In this document: positions 42,068-54,141 of the stretch, piece by piece
How the letters are laid out: each line of letters starts with the position of its first letter
Numbering within the stretch: position 1 is the stretch's first letter
Assembly: GCA_040954595.2 (NCBI GenBank)
Contig: CM082590.2
Location: 2,728,001 to 2,792,000, forward strand
Length of the DNA stretch: 64,000 nt
From: Balanoglossus misakiensis
Taxonomy: Eukaryota; Animalia; Hemichordata
Direction: 5' to 3'
The notes under the pieces: model-generated
The model's database searches: none
Told to the model about the DNA's origin: nothing
The model's input: the letters and a program-made list of their open reading frames with translations, nothing else
Translations under genes and position numbers: made by a program

Positions 42068-43490
42068 TTAAATGTCATCACAGTCACCATCATTGGAATC
42101 ACAATCACCATTCTTTGAATTATCAGTTTGTTTTTCTTCCGTCCAGTTATATTCATCAGTCAGTTCGTTAAAGTCAGAATCAGTCTCGTAAATATTTCCC
42201 TCTTCTTCTCTTAAAATGTCAAATTCATGTGACTCCTGTAAAATTGCATCAATGCTATTTTCCATATTATGATGTTCAGTATCAGTGATTGGTGATGGTG
42301 ATTCTAATAGTGGTGACTTATCTGTATATTTTGGGCATACCCCATACTTTTTCGATGTGGTACAGAATCCAGGATTCCCATTATGTGGATTACTGCAGTC
42401 ATTACATCGACACGCAGGGCCACAACCATTGTGGGTCTTATAACATTTACAACATCTGCTATTACAAGTTGGCATCTTTTTGCAGCCACACCCTTTTGTT
42501 AGCAACTCCAAATTATTTTTCACTTTTTCTAAATTGGCATCACTGTCCTAAATAATATCAAGTTCGCCGTTGCTTAGTCTGTATCCATAATTATTGAATA
42601 AGGGAAACGTAACATGGCACTGATCGGCCTGGGACCATAACTGAGAGACCCAGCATGATCTTTTCCAGTGCAGTTGTAGGGCTTCAAAGGAAGGGATACA
42701 TTCTTCCTCATACTGGATACGTGGGCAAATTGTTTCTCGTATATATGTAAGCCATTTGATGTGGTTATCTTTAAGACTGTTAGTGACACTGGCTACTTGT
42801 CGATAAAGTTCAAAAGGATGAGATGCATCAAATGCTTGGAAATGTTTCTTAACATAAACACTACCTTTTAAACGTATGAAAGCGAAAATTCCATTCCCTA
42901 CACTGTCTACTGTTGTGTCTATCAGTGTTCCAGGTATAAGGGTGCCACTAGTTATAAATTCAGAGTATTGAAAAAATGTCTTGTAGAAAGATTTCCTTCC
43001 GATGCCTGCAAAGTATAGTCACAACCTGTGCATATGAACAGTGTTTGAAATATTTTGCCTAAATATTGGAGGGGAATATGTTGCAAATCAGGGTCTAAAT
43101 TTAAATCTGATTTGAATTGATTCATGTCTAAATAAGTGAGATTGGATAAATCATTATCAAGTTGTACAAATATCTCCTTTTGAACATGTTGATATAGTAC
43201 TGGGAGGAGAACATGATAAGTATCGATATCAGGGGAGTAAATAACACCTTTCTTGTAAGAGGACTGAACTGCATGAAGGATGCATCTACTGTCAGTTTCT
43301 TCATGACAACTTTTGGCTTCCCACTCAGACACAATTCCATTACTACCAACGAAAAGACTCTTGTCCCTATTTTCCCCATCAAAGCCACCTGCTGTAATGA
43401 GGACCTGATCACCTTGCAGAGTCGGCACAATTATTTTTAAAGATGTGGCTGACAAGAAGTTCACTAGTTTTCTCTTGTTTGGCTTACAAT
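42068..43490 (-). pseudogene. Academ protein C-terminus: XPG/FEN1-like nuclease and Cys8/CXC finger
   Basis: Motifs HEETDSRCILH, YSPDIDTYH and LFICTGCDY, then GCGCKKMPTCNSRCCKCYKTHNGCGPACRCNDCSN and an acidic tail. The region is frameshifted. Confidence 0.85.
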
Positions 43491-43499
43491 TGATGTATG

Positions 43500-44563
43500 T
43501 TTTGAGCTAATATTATTGATTACCTATTTTTTATGCATTTTTTTGTATTTTTCCATGTTATTAGTAAAAAGTCTTCATTTCTGAAAGTGATGGGCTTACT
43601 TCTTTGAAATTTAGCATGAAGCTTCCTAATGGTTGTCTGAGTAACCATAGTTTTGTTCAAATTGTTGCAAAATTTGCATATTTATAATTTTGAGCAATAT
43701 TTGCCATTTTTGGTCAATTTATTTTTCTTTAAAACCGCATGCCAGATTGCTTTGCAATTTGGTAGGCATGTTCGTAGGTGTAAGTCAAGTAATATGTTGT
43801 AAAAAATGTGATATTTTCATAAATGTGTTATCGGGGAAACTTTTGCAATTTTTGTCAAAAATTGTTTTCCTGAAACTGTTTGTCATATTGCATAGAACTT
43901 TGGCAGCATGTTCCTTGTAGTGATTGAGGTAAGGTATTGTACAATTTTGTGTTTTTGCCACTTTTGAACAAATATCTTTTGTGAAACTGCTTGTTGATTG
44001 CTTTGAAATTTGTTTTTTCTCTGATTGCTTTGAAATTTGGGATATAATTTCATAACACATACATGTATATGTGCAACTTTTATTCAATTCTGATATCAGA
44101 AATATTCAATATTTAGCGAGTTTTTATGAAAGTTTCTTTGTTTTTGGTTAGCAAATCTTCTCCTTAACCAATTATCCAGTTGTTTTGAAAGTTACTGTTT
44201 ACAAGGAGTCGTTACCCCCAACTTAGACATGTTTACATAACTTCAATAAGCCAGCTGTCAGAGAGACCATGGGCTATTAAATTTTTAATTACCAGTGGCA
44301 GGTCAGTGTGTGTGTGTGTGTGTGTGTGTGTCTGTCTGTCTGTCTGTTCCAGGGCTGACTGAAAGAAGTTGCTTCTCATATGTGTTTGTACAGACAATTT
44401 TTGGTCAATTTTTGGGCATGTTCCTTGTTAATGTTTTTACATTCCATATTTCTATATCGTAAGATCATATCTGCTTGCAATGTCACCTGTAATTTTTATT
44501 CTGGTGTGTCACTGTTTCTACATAATCCTCAAATGGGACCACAGTGTCCTTGACGCTATTTTT
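43500..44563 (-). mobile_element. HINE-like non-autonomous element nested in Academ
   Basis: It interrupts the transposase reading frame after ...IFSDDTA. It has a (GT)n(GTCT)n microsatellite at 44306-44346 and is homologous to 24590-24930 and 40331-40366. Confidence 0.65.
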
Positions 44564-45149
44564 CGCTGTGTCATCTGAAAATATATTAGTTAGCTCCCTG
44601 GCGGTATTAAGTGGTGAAAATACATCAGCACCTTCAAGACAATTGATATACAACCTGCAGTTTGACTCATTTATTTTATGTACGCTAACTGAATTATGGG
44701 TTTCATTTTGGAAAGGAAATAACTGATCTTTTAGATTCTTGGCAGCCATAGCTCTATAGGGTAAATAAATTGCTATTCTCTCCATTAACCCACCTGTAGA
44801 AGTATGCAATGCAGCTTTAACATCTTTATTGACACACATTTCATGGGCTTCATCTAGTGCTACATTAACCCAAGTTGAGCCTGACAAATTGCAAACAAAA
44901 CCACCTGCTTTGAAATGTAACAACAGAGAGTTTGGCATCTTCAGAAGGTCAGCGAGATGTCTGGGAATTAACCTCAAGTACAGGGATCGGTCATATGCAT
45001 GGAACAGTGGGTTCATTTGTTTCAAAGCCAATATTCGAAGGTTCCAATTTCCTGACCTTATTGCAATGTACAAAGACATGTATGCAAACAAATCTTCCTC
45101 TATAAATCTAACCCAAAATTTGAAAGTTTTGTCTGTATTTGCCCTTCTG

Positions 45150-45761
45150 CACAGTACGTGAAATATCCCATGATTCATTCTGATTTGTACAATCATTTAC
45201 TCAGTCAAACCAGGCAAAGTTAACATGTGTAGAGAGAATTGTACACCACTAATATAAATTTTGAGATCTTACTTTTAAGGTGAATCTTATTGTCAATTAC
45301 CATTTCAAATGATTTAGAAAATTATGCATTATTGAAAGAGGAGATACAAATTTTATAAAATAAGCAATTGCATAGCCAGCCGATACAAAAAAGTTTGGAG
45401 TAAAACAGGGACACTTGAAACACTTGTTTAATCAAACAAAAAGATATTGATTTTTTCTATTGACAGAACAATGGAAATTTACATGTTAACTTTCAACAGA
45501 GACTGGCCACCTCAGTTAGTCATTGCTTGTTTCCCCTAAAGTGTGACATTTGCAGTACATTGATACTTTGATTTCTATGGCTTTTAAATTTTGATTTTGA
45601 AATTTACATTCTAATTCCTCAACGTACTTTTCCTAGATAAAAATAAATAGATTTATATGTACTTCATATCATTGTTAGTATCTAAAACAGAAAAAGTTAT
45701 TAAATGGGCAACCTTCGATGATACAAATAACGGAGACTTGTGGGTAAAATATCGTACTATG
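45150..45761. mobile_element. Transib-like non-autonomous element (612 bp)
   Basis: Termini CACAGTACG and CGTACTATG with an exact 5-bp TSD TTCTG (45145-45149 and 45762-45766). Removal restores the host frame FCDRRANTDKTF. Confidence 0.7.
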
Positions 45762-46095
45762 TTCTGTCACAAAAAATCTGAAATTCCTCTTGCAAGCCAG
45801 TAAGTTGAGCCTTAAGGTCACCATTAATTTTGTCAATATGATCAGCTTTATCTTCAGTACATTCCAAACATTTTGTGACAGCTTCTAGTAAACATTTTTG
45901 GACTGTTTCTGTATCTAAGGGACAGTGCTGGGTATTATGGGTTTCACCCCTCTGATTCAAAAAGGAATTGACAAGACATCTAAACATACGTTCCCAAATT
46001 TGTGTTGGGAAGCGATGAGTTAGCTTGAAATTTGTACACTGAACTAGGGTTTCCGAAGTTCCCCCTTTATGATTGAACCCTGCCAGATGTTTTAA

Positions 46096-46891
46096 GATGG
46101 GTCCCTAGGATCTTTTTGCTCGTTGCTATGGGCCTTTATAGGACATTACACCCCGATTTGGACTAAGCCGTTTTCAGAGTCTAACAAGGGGCTGGTAACT
46201 AGTTGAAAATCTGCACGATTGTGAGCGCGCGCCCCCTGACGCCATTGATATGCAAATTAGCTAGGTCAAATTTCAAAAGCCTAAGGCTTTTTATTCCGTG
46301 ACCTCAAAAACGAACTTGATATGTATTCATTAGTTGCTTGAACCAGGGAAGATCGTGACGGATTTTGTTTTCGAATATTATCGTTGTATCCTACGATTTC
46401 AGCATACCCGTACCACATCTGAAAAAGTCATCGATTTTGGGTGTTTTTGGACGCACTCTTCCACCGGTATCGCTTCTTAGCACGACGAAAACAGAAAAAA
46501 ACGATCCGTCACACTGTGCGGAAGTACGTTCTCAACAAGCAGGTCAAATTTGACTGGCGTACGTGGCCTATGAAAAAAGCCTTAGGGATTTTCGTGAACG
46601 GTACAAAATCTCTGTGTACAAAACATTGGATTTTTAGCGTTCGATCCAGTTACTGTGGTTACAGGACGCGCACGCTATCGCTGACCGCTGCTTTGCCGTA
46701 TTAGCGTGGCGGCCTATGGCCGGGCGGTAGCTGCCGTAAACATACTCGTACATGGGGTGTGCACACAATCGTGCAGATTTTCAACTAGTTACCAGCCCCT
46801 TGTTAGACTCTGAAAACGGCTTAGTCCAAATCAGGGTGTAATGTCCTATAAAGGCCCATAGCAACGAGCAAAAAGATCCCAGGGACCCATC
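46096..46891. mobile_element. Kolobok-type MITE (796 bp)
   Basis: ~128-bp near-perfect TIRs beginning GATGGGTCCC, flanked by TTAA on both sides, with RR..YY termini. Removal restores the host frame DADLKHLAGF. Confidence 0.85.
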
Positions 46892-47418
46892 TTAAGTCAG
46901 CATCCCAGAATATTTTCATGATGACTGGTTGGTAATTTTTTAGAGTATGCCAGTCTCCGATAAAAGGCTGCAACCAGTCTAAATCTGCACCATACATGTC
47001 TTTTAACTTTATCAGGTGATGGAAAGTTTTCCCATCACCAACCACAACCAGGTATTTTATTCTTACACCAACTCTGAATGTAACATATACAGCTTATTGA
47101 TAATGTTATGGACAGTTTCAATAGAGTCTGCGTGTTCACTTGATATGCCCAAATAAATGACATTTGAGCATTCACTGTCATTACTGTTAGCAGTTGTTGC
47201 TAATGTTGATTTAAAATCCCCAAATACTGTTTCTATATCAGCTCTGTGCATTGTATTTTTTGTAGAGCAAAAATGAATGCGTCAGAAAACAGTTCTGACC
47301 AAGCAATGGCTTCTTCTTGTTTAATGTCAAAATCTGACAGCGAAATTGATGACTGTGGTTGATGTTGTCTCAGTAGAGGTGGTTTAATTAAATACTACAT
47401 CATCATGAACAGTATCAT

Positions 47419-49137
47419 ATGATAAACCTGGGGGTTTTATGTGGGAGCAACAGCCTATAAAATCCCTTGGGGTTTTCTTTGGATACGATCGACTGAAATG
47501 TCTACTTTTGAAATGGGAAAAGAAAATTGAAAGGCTTAAAAGCGTGCTCAACATCTGGTCACGACGTAAGCTGAGCCTTTATGGCAAAATTACGGTTTTA
47601 AAGTCTTTGGCACTGCCCACAATTTACTACCTTATGCTTAATCTTGGTGCTTTTGAAACGTGGCTCACGAATATCAACCGTCTTATTTTCAAATTTCTGT
47701 GGAATGACAAGCCAGACAAAATCAAAAGGCTCACACTCATTGCCCCTTATGATTGCGGGGGACTAAACATGCCTGACATTTTTGCCATCCATGACGCCTT
47801 TTGTTCATCATGGGTTCGTAGATTATGTGACAATTCCTCTGCCAAATGGAAGGCCTTGCCACTGCATTGGCTCGGGCACTATGGTCCAGATTTTCTTATT
47901 TTTCATTTCAATTTTAGCAACATTTCCTGTTTCCCATTTCTCGAGAGAATTCCCTTTTTCTATAAACAAGTAATTTCAGCTTGGCATAGTGCAAAAGGTG
48001 GTTGCGTCACTTTCTCCAAACTCAGTAATTTAGATGTGCGTAATCAAATTATCTGGGGTAATGTCAACATTTCAGATAATGGTAAGACTCTTTTTTTCCC
48101 TGGTTGGATTCACTCAAATATTATCTATGTCCAGGACATTGTCGATACCAACGGCAATTTTCTTCCACCTACACTGTTGTTACAAAAACTCGAGAATAAG
48201 TCAAATTGGATAGTTGAATGGATGAAGTTGCGGAATCTTATTCCCAGAGAATGGAAGTCTGTGTTGAAAGGTACTCAGTTGCATCAGATGCGTAGAGAAA
48301 AGAATTTTCTTCATGTCAATGGAAAAGTTTTTGTTTTACCTAATGATCTGTCTCGCCTTACTTCAAAATTTTTTACAGTATTTTTGTGCAAAATCGTTTT
48401 ATTCGTCCATATTGTGAAAATACATGGAATCGTCGTTTGACCATGACTACTCCACTACAGTGGAGAACTATATGGGTTAACCAAATGACTGGATTGTGTT
48501 GTGATAGGAAACTTGCTGAATTTAACTTTAAGATTATGCATAACATTTTGCCATGTGGCATCAATCTTTTAAGATGGAAAATTAGTAAAAATGATCAATG
48601 TTGTCTTTGTAATGTAACTGATTCTTATGAGCATCTATTTTTAAAATGTCAACGTTTAGGGGATTTTTGGCAGCGTTTATCTGCTTTGCTCAGCAAACTT
48701 GGCATATGTCATGAGGTCGACTTAGAAACTATTATTCTTGGTTACAAAACTATGTACAGTCATCCTCTTTATAGATTTGTAAACATTGTCATTACTATTG
48801 CAAAGTATTGTGTATTCGCTTCATGGGTCCATTTACAACATGATATTAACAGCATTAGAGCAAAAACCAATTTCGATATATTTTACAGATATCTACAATT
48901 TATGCACCAAATACTCAAAAGGAATAATAATCTAGATTTCACCCATTATTGGAAGAAAATCCTTGCTTCCGTCTGAGATGTAATTATTTTGTTAAACAAA
49001 TGTACCTGGTGAATCTCTTTTTATATAGTATTATTTTTTATTTATTTATTTATTTATTTATTTCATCAAAACACGATTTATCTTTATGATACATGTAAGA
49101 TTAAATGAATGGAAATAAAAAAAAAAAAAAAAAAAAA
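47419..49137 (+). mobile_element. 5'-truncated Tx1/L1-clade LINE
   Basis: The ORF2 C-terminus lies in ORFs 47439-48440 and 48386-48976 (one frameshift), with IKSLGVFF, LSLYGKITVLKSLA, GGLNMPD and the zinc knuckle CCLC..DSYEHLFLKC. It ends in AATAAA plus poly(A), with 14-bp TSD ATGAACAGTATCAT (47405-47418 and 49138-49151). Confidence 0.93.
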
Positions 49138-49151
49138 ATGAACAGTATCAT

Positions 49152-51137
49152 TGAATTTTTTCTCCGTAAATGTACAGGCTTTACTCACAGGTGCACTCAA
49201 ACCTGTACCAGTATTTTTTGAGATAGATCTGTCAACCATGATTTTAGTATTATTTCCACAAGGAAAATTGGCCAAAATTTTATTCATTTCAGAGTCTACT
49301 GTATTTTGTGAACAAAAGCCACTGTTTAATTCCTGACACCGTTCAAATGAATTCTGTGCATTTACACTCACCAGACTATCTTTTCTTTTAATTAACTGCC
49401 TGTTAAGATGCAAATCATAATGGCCTGGTTGACCTGGCCTGTCTGGTGTGTACAAGAGACAGACAGGCTCAGTCTTGGAGAACACATCACCATCACCTCT
49501 TGCAAATATATCATTCTGCTTGGTGTATATATGTCCTTCAAAGTATATATGATTGGCACGCATTATGTCTACTGTATCTGCTCTTAACTTGTCTGTGAAT
49601 ATTTTCTCTCGGTCAGCTAAAATTGGGTCAGAAGGGAGTCCATTAAGTAGACGATCACAATTTCGTAATGCAAAATCATTTCTCACAGAGATGCTCGTGA
49701 AAAAGCACCTTCCATCACCATAAATGTTGATTAGCTGAAAATCTTTGACAGTTGAATGTTTGTCATGACTGCCAAAAACAATATCATCAATACTGTTCAG
49801 AATTGACTTTGATTTTGGTTGGACCATTCGATAAGAAGTACCGTGGAAACCTCTGTCCTTTGGATCAGCTCTAACAGCTGCATATTTAGCTGATTTATCA
49901 ATATTGTCAATGGAAGTTAAACAAAATGCATTATTTGCAATATTTTCCTCTGTGAAATCAGCTGATGTTCTTTTGTTGATCACTCCCAACATGTATCTAT
50001 GCAATGTATCTCCAGAACAAATAATACCAAATCAATTTAGAATTTTCACTAGAGTAGATGACTTACTATAACCTTCAACAATGTCAGCCAGGTAAGTATG
50101 CAATGGGTAAGTACAATGATCAGAACAAGTGAACAATAGCATACACACAAAACAAACGCCTGAGGAATTGTGCTCTACTCTCCATAGAGTGCCGGTCATA
50201 AAATCCATAGTTGTGTTTATTCCATACAAAGTTGGAGCTTTTTAATTTATTGCGTTCACTGTTGTTCAACGTTAAATATACAACAGTGTTCCATAACATA
50301 GGGTCAACCTCACTGACAATATATTCAACATCAAGTGTACTCAGATCAACATTGTTTGTTTTGCAGTAATTACTGAATTCTTGAGATTGCTGATAAATGC
50401 TGGCATTTAATTTCACAGCCACCAAATCAAGCATTTTGAAAAAGTCAACGTCAACTTTACTCAAGTCTCTTACTTGCTTTTCAAGCCTCTCTATCTGTTT
50501 CTCAGCTTGCACAACATACTGAGGATGTTCGACAAGTGCATTTTGGAGGGCAATAGTGAGATCTGAACCTGTTCGGTACAAAAAGGTGGAGAACTTTCTA
50601 CTCACTTTTGATACAACAGAAAGGTGAATTGGAAAATACACACATAGCAATTCCCGAATAAGCCAGCTATTAGGTTTTCTGTGGAATTCCACTCGTTGTA
50701 ACTTGACATTGGGTCGCAAAGTCTGATATTCATTGTCTAAACAATAATTGAAATATTGCCTGACATCAAACAATAGAATGGCATGTTTTCTGAGGAGCAC
50801 TTCTCCTAAAAAGACAACAGTTTTCCAGCATGCAAAATTCACCAAGTCGTCGTCACAGCTGCATCCTTTATTGTAGCATTGTGACATATTTTTTAATTTC
50901 TTCAGCAAGTGCTATATCACTCGACATAATTAAGCCTTGTTGAATACTACACCTGGCTTTTTCCGCTAAAGCAACAAATGTTTTATAACATTTCAAACAA
51001 ATCAGGCTGTCTTGAGTAAGGGCAAATGGTGTGTTAGTTTGCTGGTGAAATGTTTGCACCATTTCAAAATCAGGGATTTTAAACAAATTGTTTGCCCGTG
51101 ATAAGCACGAAGTACACAAGGGATGGCTTTTTCTCAT
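49152..51137 (-). pseudogene. Academ protein N-terminal part with the first catalytic motif and an OTU-like domain
   Basis: N-terminal CxxC...CxxCY finger, then SIDNIDK...FHGTS..VQP, then IYGDGRCFF...PGHYDL. Several frameshifts are present. Confidence 0.75.
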
Positions 51138-52069
51138 AGCAAGGATGTAGTGACGTTGACACAGTGAAAATGATGAAACATCCTTTAAAACCTGCGTTGT
51201 CTATACTCAATTTTGTACACAGTCCTCCTCGCCTGAAATCAGCTCTATAATGTCGCGTAAAAAATGGCCTATTTTGCGACCCTTCAGCGGGGCCCACTCT
51301 AACAGCTACATGGTTTGAAGTACTTTCCCTCATTAACATATGTTAATGAGTACCGTGCGATCTGACTGTACAGACAGAATAACACACATCGAGAGATTAA
51401 CAGGCAAACACTGGCTGACCCATAAGCGGCCAATGGCATGTGTACTGTACACACAGCAAATGGTCTCTTTAACATATAGCCAGTTATGTAAACATGCAGT
51501 TACCAATCACTGTTATTATTGACAAATTGCATCCAAGTCCAGACACAGGCTTGAATACAATGTTTAAACAATAACAACATTGCTTACCCAGCTTCACCGA
51601 GCTGAAATGATCGTTGACAACCAGAATAATACTGAATAAAAATTCAAAAATTACAGATACAGGACCTTTCGTTGCCCACATATTATATTACCGTGGTCTG
51701 TGCGTCGCATTTTAATTGGTCAAGATGAACGACATCACTGACCACAAATACCCAGTAATGGTTTGTTTACATGCCCGTAAATCTGAATAGTAATATTAGC
51801 AAACAGTTCAGTGAACACAACATTTTGCATAACACAAGTTCCGGGGCCCCAAGTCTTGTGTGTGGGACATTTTCAGAAATATTGACGGTTTTCTTGAGAT
51901 TGTTGGTAATGTAATGGAAATAAATGCAGGGCTCGGGCTCTAGCTAAGCTAAAATTAATGGGCTCGGAAGCCTCGCCCATGAATTTTTGGCTTTCCCCTC
52001 GCCCTTGCCCATAAACAAACATTAATGGTCATGGCGTCGTGCATTATTTCTATATTGTGTTGATCTTAC

Positions 52070-52186
52070 CTGTACACTCTCCATTGACCAATCAATATTC
52101 CACAGCACAAGTGAAATAAAAAGAGCCTGCTGTATTCACACACTGGCCTTCACAAAGATCTGCTCTCTCCATATATTCATTGACAT
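52070..52186 (-). pseudogene. Calcium-binding EGF exon with a stop and two lost Cys
   Basis: Bounded by ttcag and gtaag, 117 bp. It reads (D)VNEYMERADLCEGQCVNTAGSFYFTCAVEY*LVNGECT. Confidence 0.8.
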
Positions 52187-52507
52187 CTGAAATCAAAGAT
52201 AGTTATTATTATTTATTTATTTTATTATTATTTATTTCCTAACAAATGTAATACACATACATCTTCTACAGAAAATAATAAAATTAGAAAACAAGTGAAA
52301 GCTTAAAGGATAAAAAATTACACTTAAAAACCCCAAACAAACAGAAACAGTTCTGAAAGACAATCCCTATAAACCAAAAAAGCAATGGAATGAAATAGTG
52401 CTGAATAAAAAGACGAGTCTTTAAACCCCTTTGAAAACTGTCAATAGATCCAGCATTGTGGATAGAAGGTGCACAAACACTGAATCCTATTTAGCCATAT
52501 GCCTTGT

Positions 52508-52707
52508 CAGTGTTCGAAATTCATAGGAAATATCATTGTTTCTTTTAATACATGAACCTGGGAAAGTCTAAAAGATGTCATGATACCACTGGTCAACTCC
52601 CATGCTTAATTCAACCTGTCTGTCGGACTGGTAACATTTTATTTTTACCAGTCCTACAGAAAAACAACCAGTCTTGGACTGTCGGACAGGCTTTATTTCG
52701 TACACTG
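52508..52707. mobile_element. MITE with a 7-bp TSD (P- or hAT-like), inserted in an L2-like LINE 3' relic
   Basis: CAGTGTTCGAAAT...ATTTCGTACACTG flanked by GCCTTGT on both sides. The minus-strand flank reads ..AYG*IGFSVCAP..SIDSFQRGLKTRLF. Confidence 0.75.
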
Positions 52708-53428
52708 GCCTTGTTAAGTTTTGAAATGATCATTCATGGTGATGAGTTATCAAGAATATACCCGTTAAAAATTACTGTACCCTCAGAGAAGCATTTTGTA
52801 ATGTCTTTAAAATGAGATGAAAACTATATGAATTTTCTAAGTGTATATTTATTCTTTGCAGAGGTAATTTATTTAGCTATAGGTTGATAATTTATGTTAA
52901 TTTCATTGAATTATGCAAATAAGTAGTGAAAATACTTGTACATGAATATATCAGACAGTCTTATAGTATCGTGTGAGGTTGATGACACATATTCTTAACC
53001 ACATATTTCTTGATCAATTAATCGTTTTTTACACCAAAGTCCTCAATATCCATGGCGATCCCTTTCTAGGAATTTCAACACTCTCTATCATTCTCATTTT
53101 AACAAAATCCCCTGAAACTTGTGTACCCTGTCAGCAAAACTTTGTCTGATTTTTAAAATACAGATTACTTTTTCTCCCTTGCAAACAAATTTTCAAAGAT
53201 AAGTTTTCACATTTGTTAATTTGTTTATATTATGCATAATTATAATTGGAAAAATTCTGAGATACAATTTCAACAAACATGTGTTCAGTACGAGTGTGCG
53301 GTTGATTTCAAATTTTAAAATGTGTGCAATGGACAGACAGGATGTGTGTTTAGCTGATTGTAACCGTAGCAATATACAATCCCCAAACAATGTAGCCACA
53401 GAAGATATCAATATCCACAGTTACATAC

Positions 53429-53551
53429 CGGCACATGCATGGCCATCCTCCAGCAGATAGAATCCTGGTCTGCAAGTGCAGAGATAACTACCATGGGTAT
53501 TCTGACAATAGTGTTGACATGCATATCCACCACTGTGACATTCATTCATAT
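53429..53551 (-). CDS. Intact calcium-binding EGF exon (123 bp, phase 1-1)
   Basis: Bounded by ccag and gtatgt. It reads (D)MNECHSGGYACQHYCQNTHGSYLCTCRPGFYLLEDGHACA with all six Cys. Confidence 0.85.
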
Positions 53552-53801
53552 CTGGAGGGTAAGAAGAAATTAGAAATTATTTACAAGCATTGAATTCACT
53601 TTAATTCCTTGGATTAAAAATACAGAAAAAATAGCCAACAGCTACTACAGCTAACTTAGCAAAAATGTCGACAAAATTTTACAGTGACACTGGCGTACTC
53701 TGCCACTGATATGAGGATATAAGAAAGGGAACTGGAATATTTTTTCCTCTGTATAATCAAATTAACAGTAAATGACTGCCATGGCAACATAACAGATGTT
53801 A

Positions 53802-54134
53802 CAGTCAAACCCGTGTTAGGTGCCACCTCTATATAGTGGCTACTCTGTTACAGTCCATATACATTGTGTTAGGTATTGGTATTTACTGTTATGTATAAAT
53901 TTGCAGTGTACGAGGCTGAACGAGTGAGCATGTGCAGTTGGCAATAAAAAAGCAGCATGGCTGTCTAGTTTGTACACACATGTCCTGTGTCGTCTAATCA
54001 CTCTGGTATAAGCCCACAATAATATAGCAATATATTACACATTGCACATTAAATGACCTGACTGTAGAGGCCAACTTTCTATAAAGGCCAGTTAGGAAAG
54101 TCCCCTGTCTGGCCAGTATAGACAGGTTTGACTG
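53802..54134. mobile_element. Tc1/mariner (pogo-like) MITE
   Basis: TA-CAGTCAAACC...GGTTTGACTG-TA, abutting the splice donor at 54141. Confidence 0.75.
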
Positions 54135-54141
54135 TACCTAC

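Larger units (their letters stand above)
44564..47400 (-). pseudogene. Academ DDE transposase core, split by two MITEs
   Basis: Motifs VVGDGKTF, PFIGDWHTLKN, NFKLTHRF, AIRSGNWNLR and VALDEAHEMCVNKDVK. The frame is restored when the 45150-45761 and 46096-46891 inserts are removed. Confidence 0.85.
40391..51368 (-). mobile_element. Academ (AcademX-type) DNA transposon, decayed, with nested insertions
   Basis: TIR CAGTCAGATCGCACGGTRCTCATT..CATATG at both ends, with 4-bp TSD TACA (40387-40390 and 51369-51372). Minus-strand fragments encode a DDE transposase, an XPG/FEN1-like nuclease and a Cys-rich finger in the Academ order. Confidence 0.85.

Noticed and set aside
42068-42523. Tesmin/TSO1 (LIN54-like) host gene
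   Set aside because: The CXC-like motif follows the XPG domain inside the Academ TIRs and is the transposon's own Cys-rich finger.
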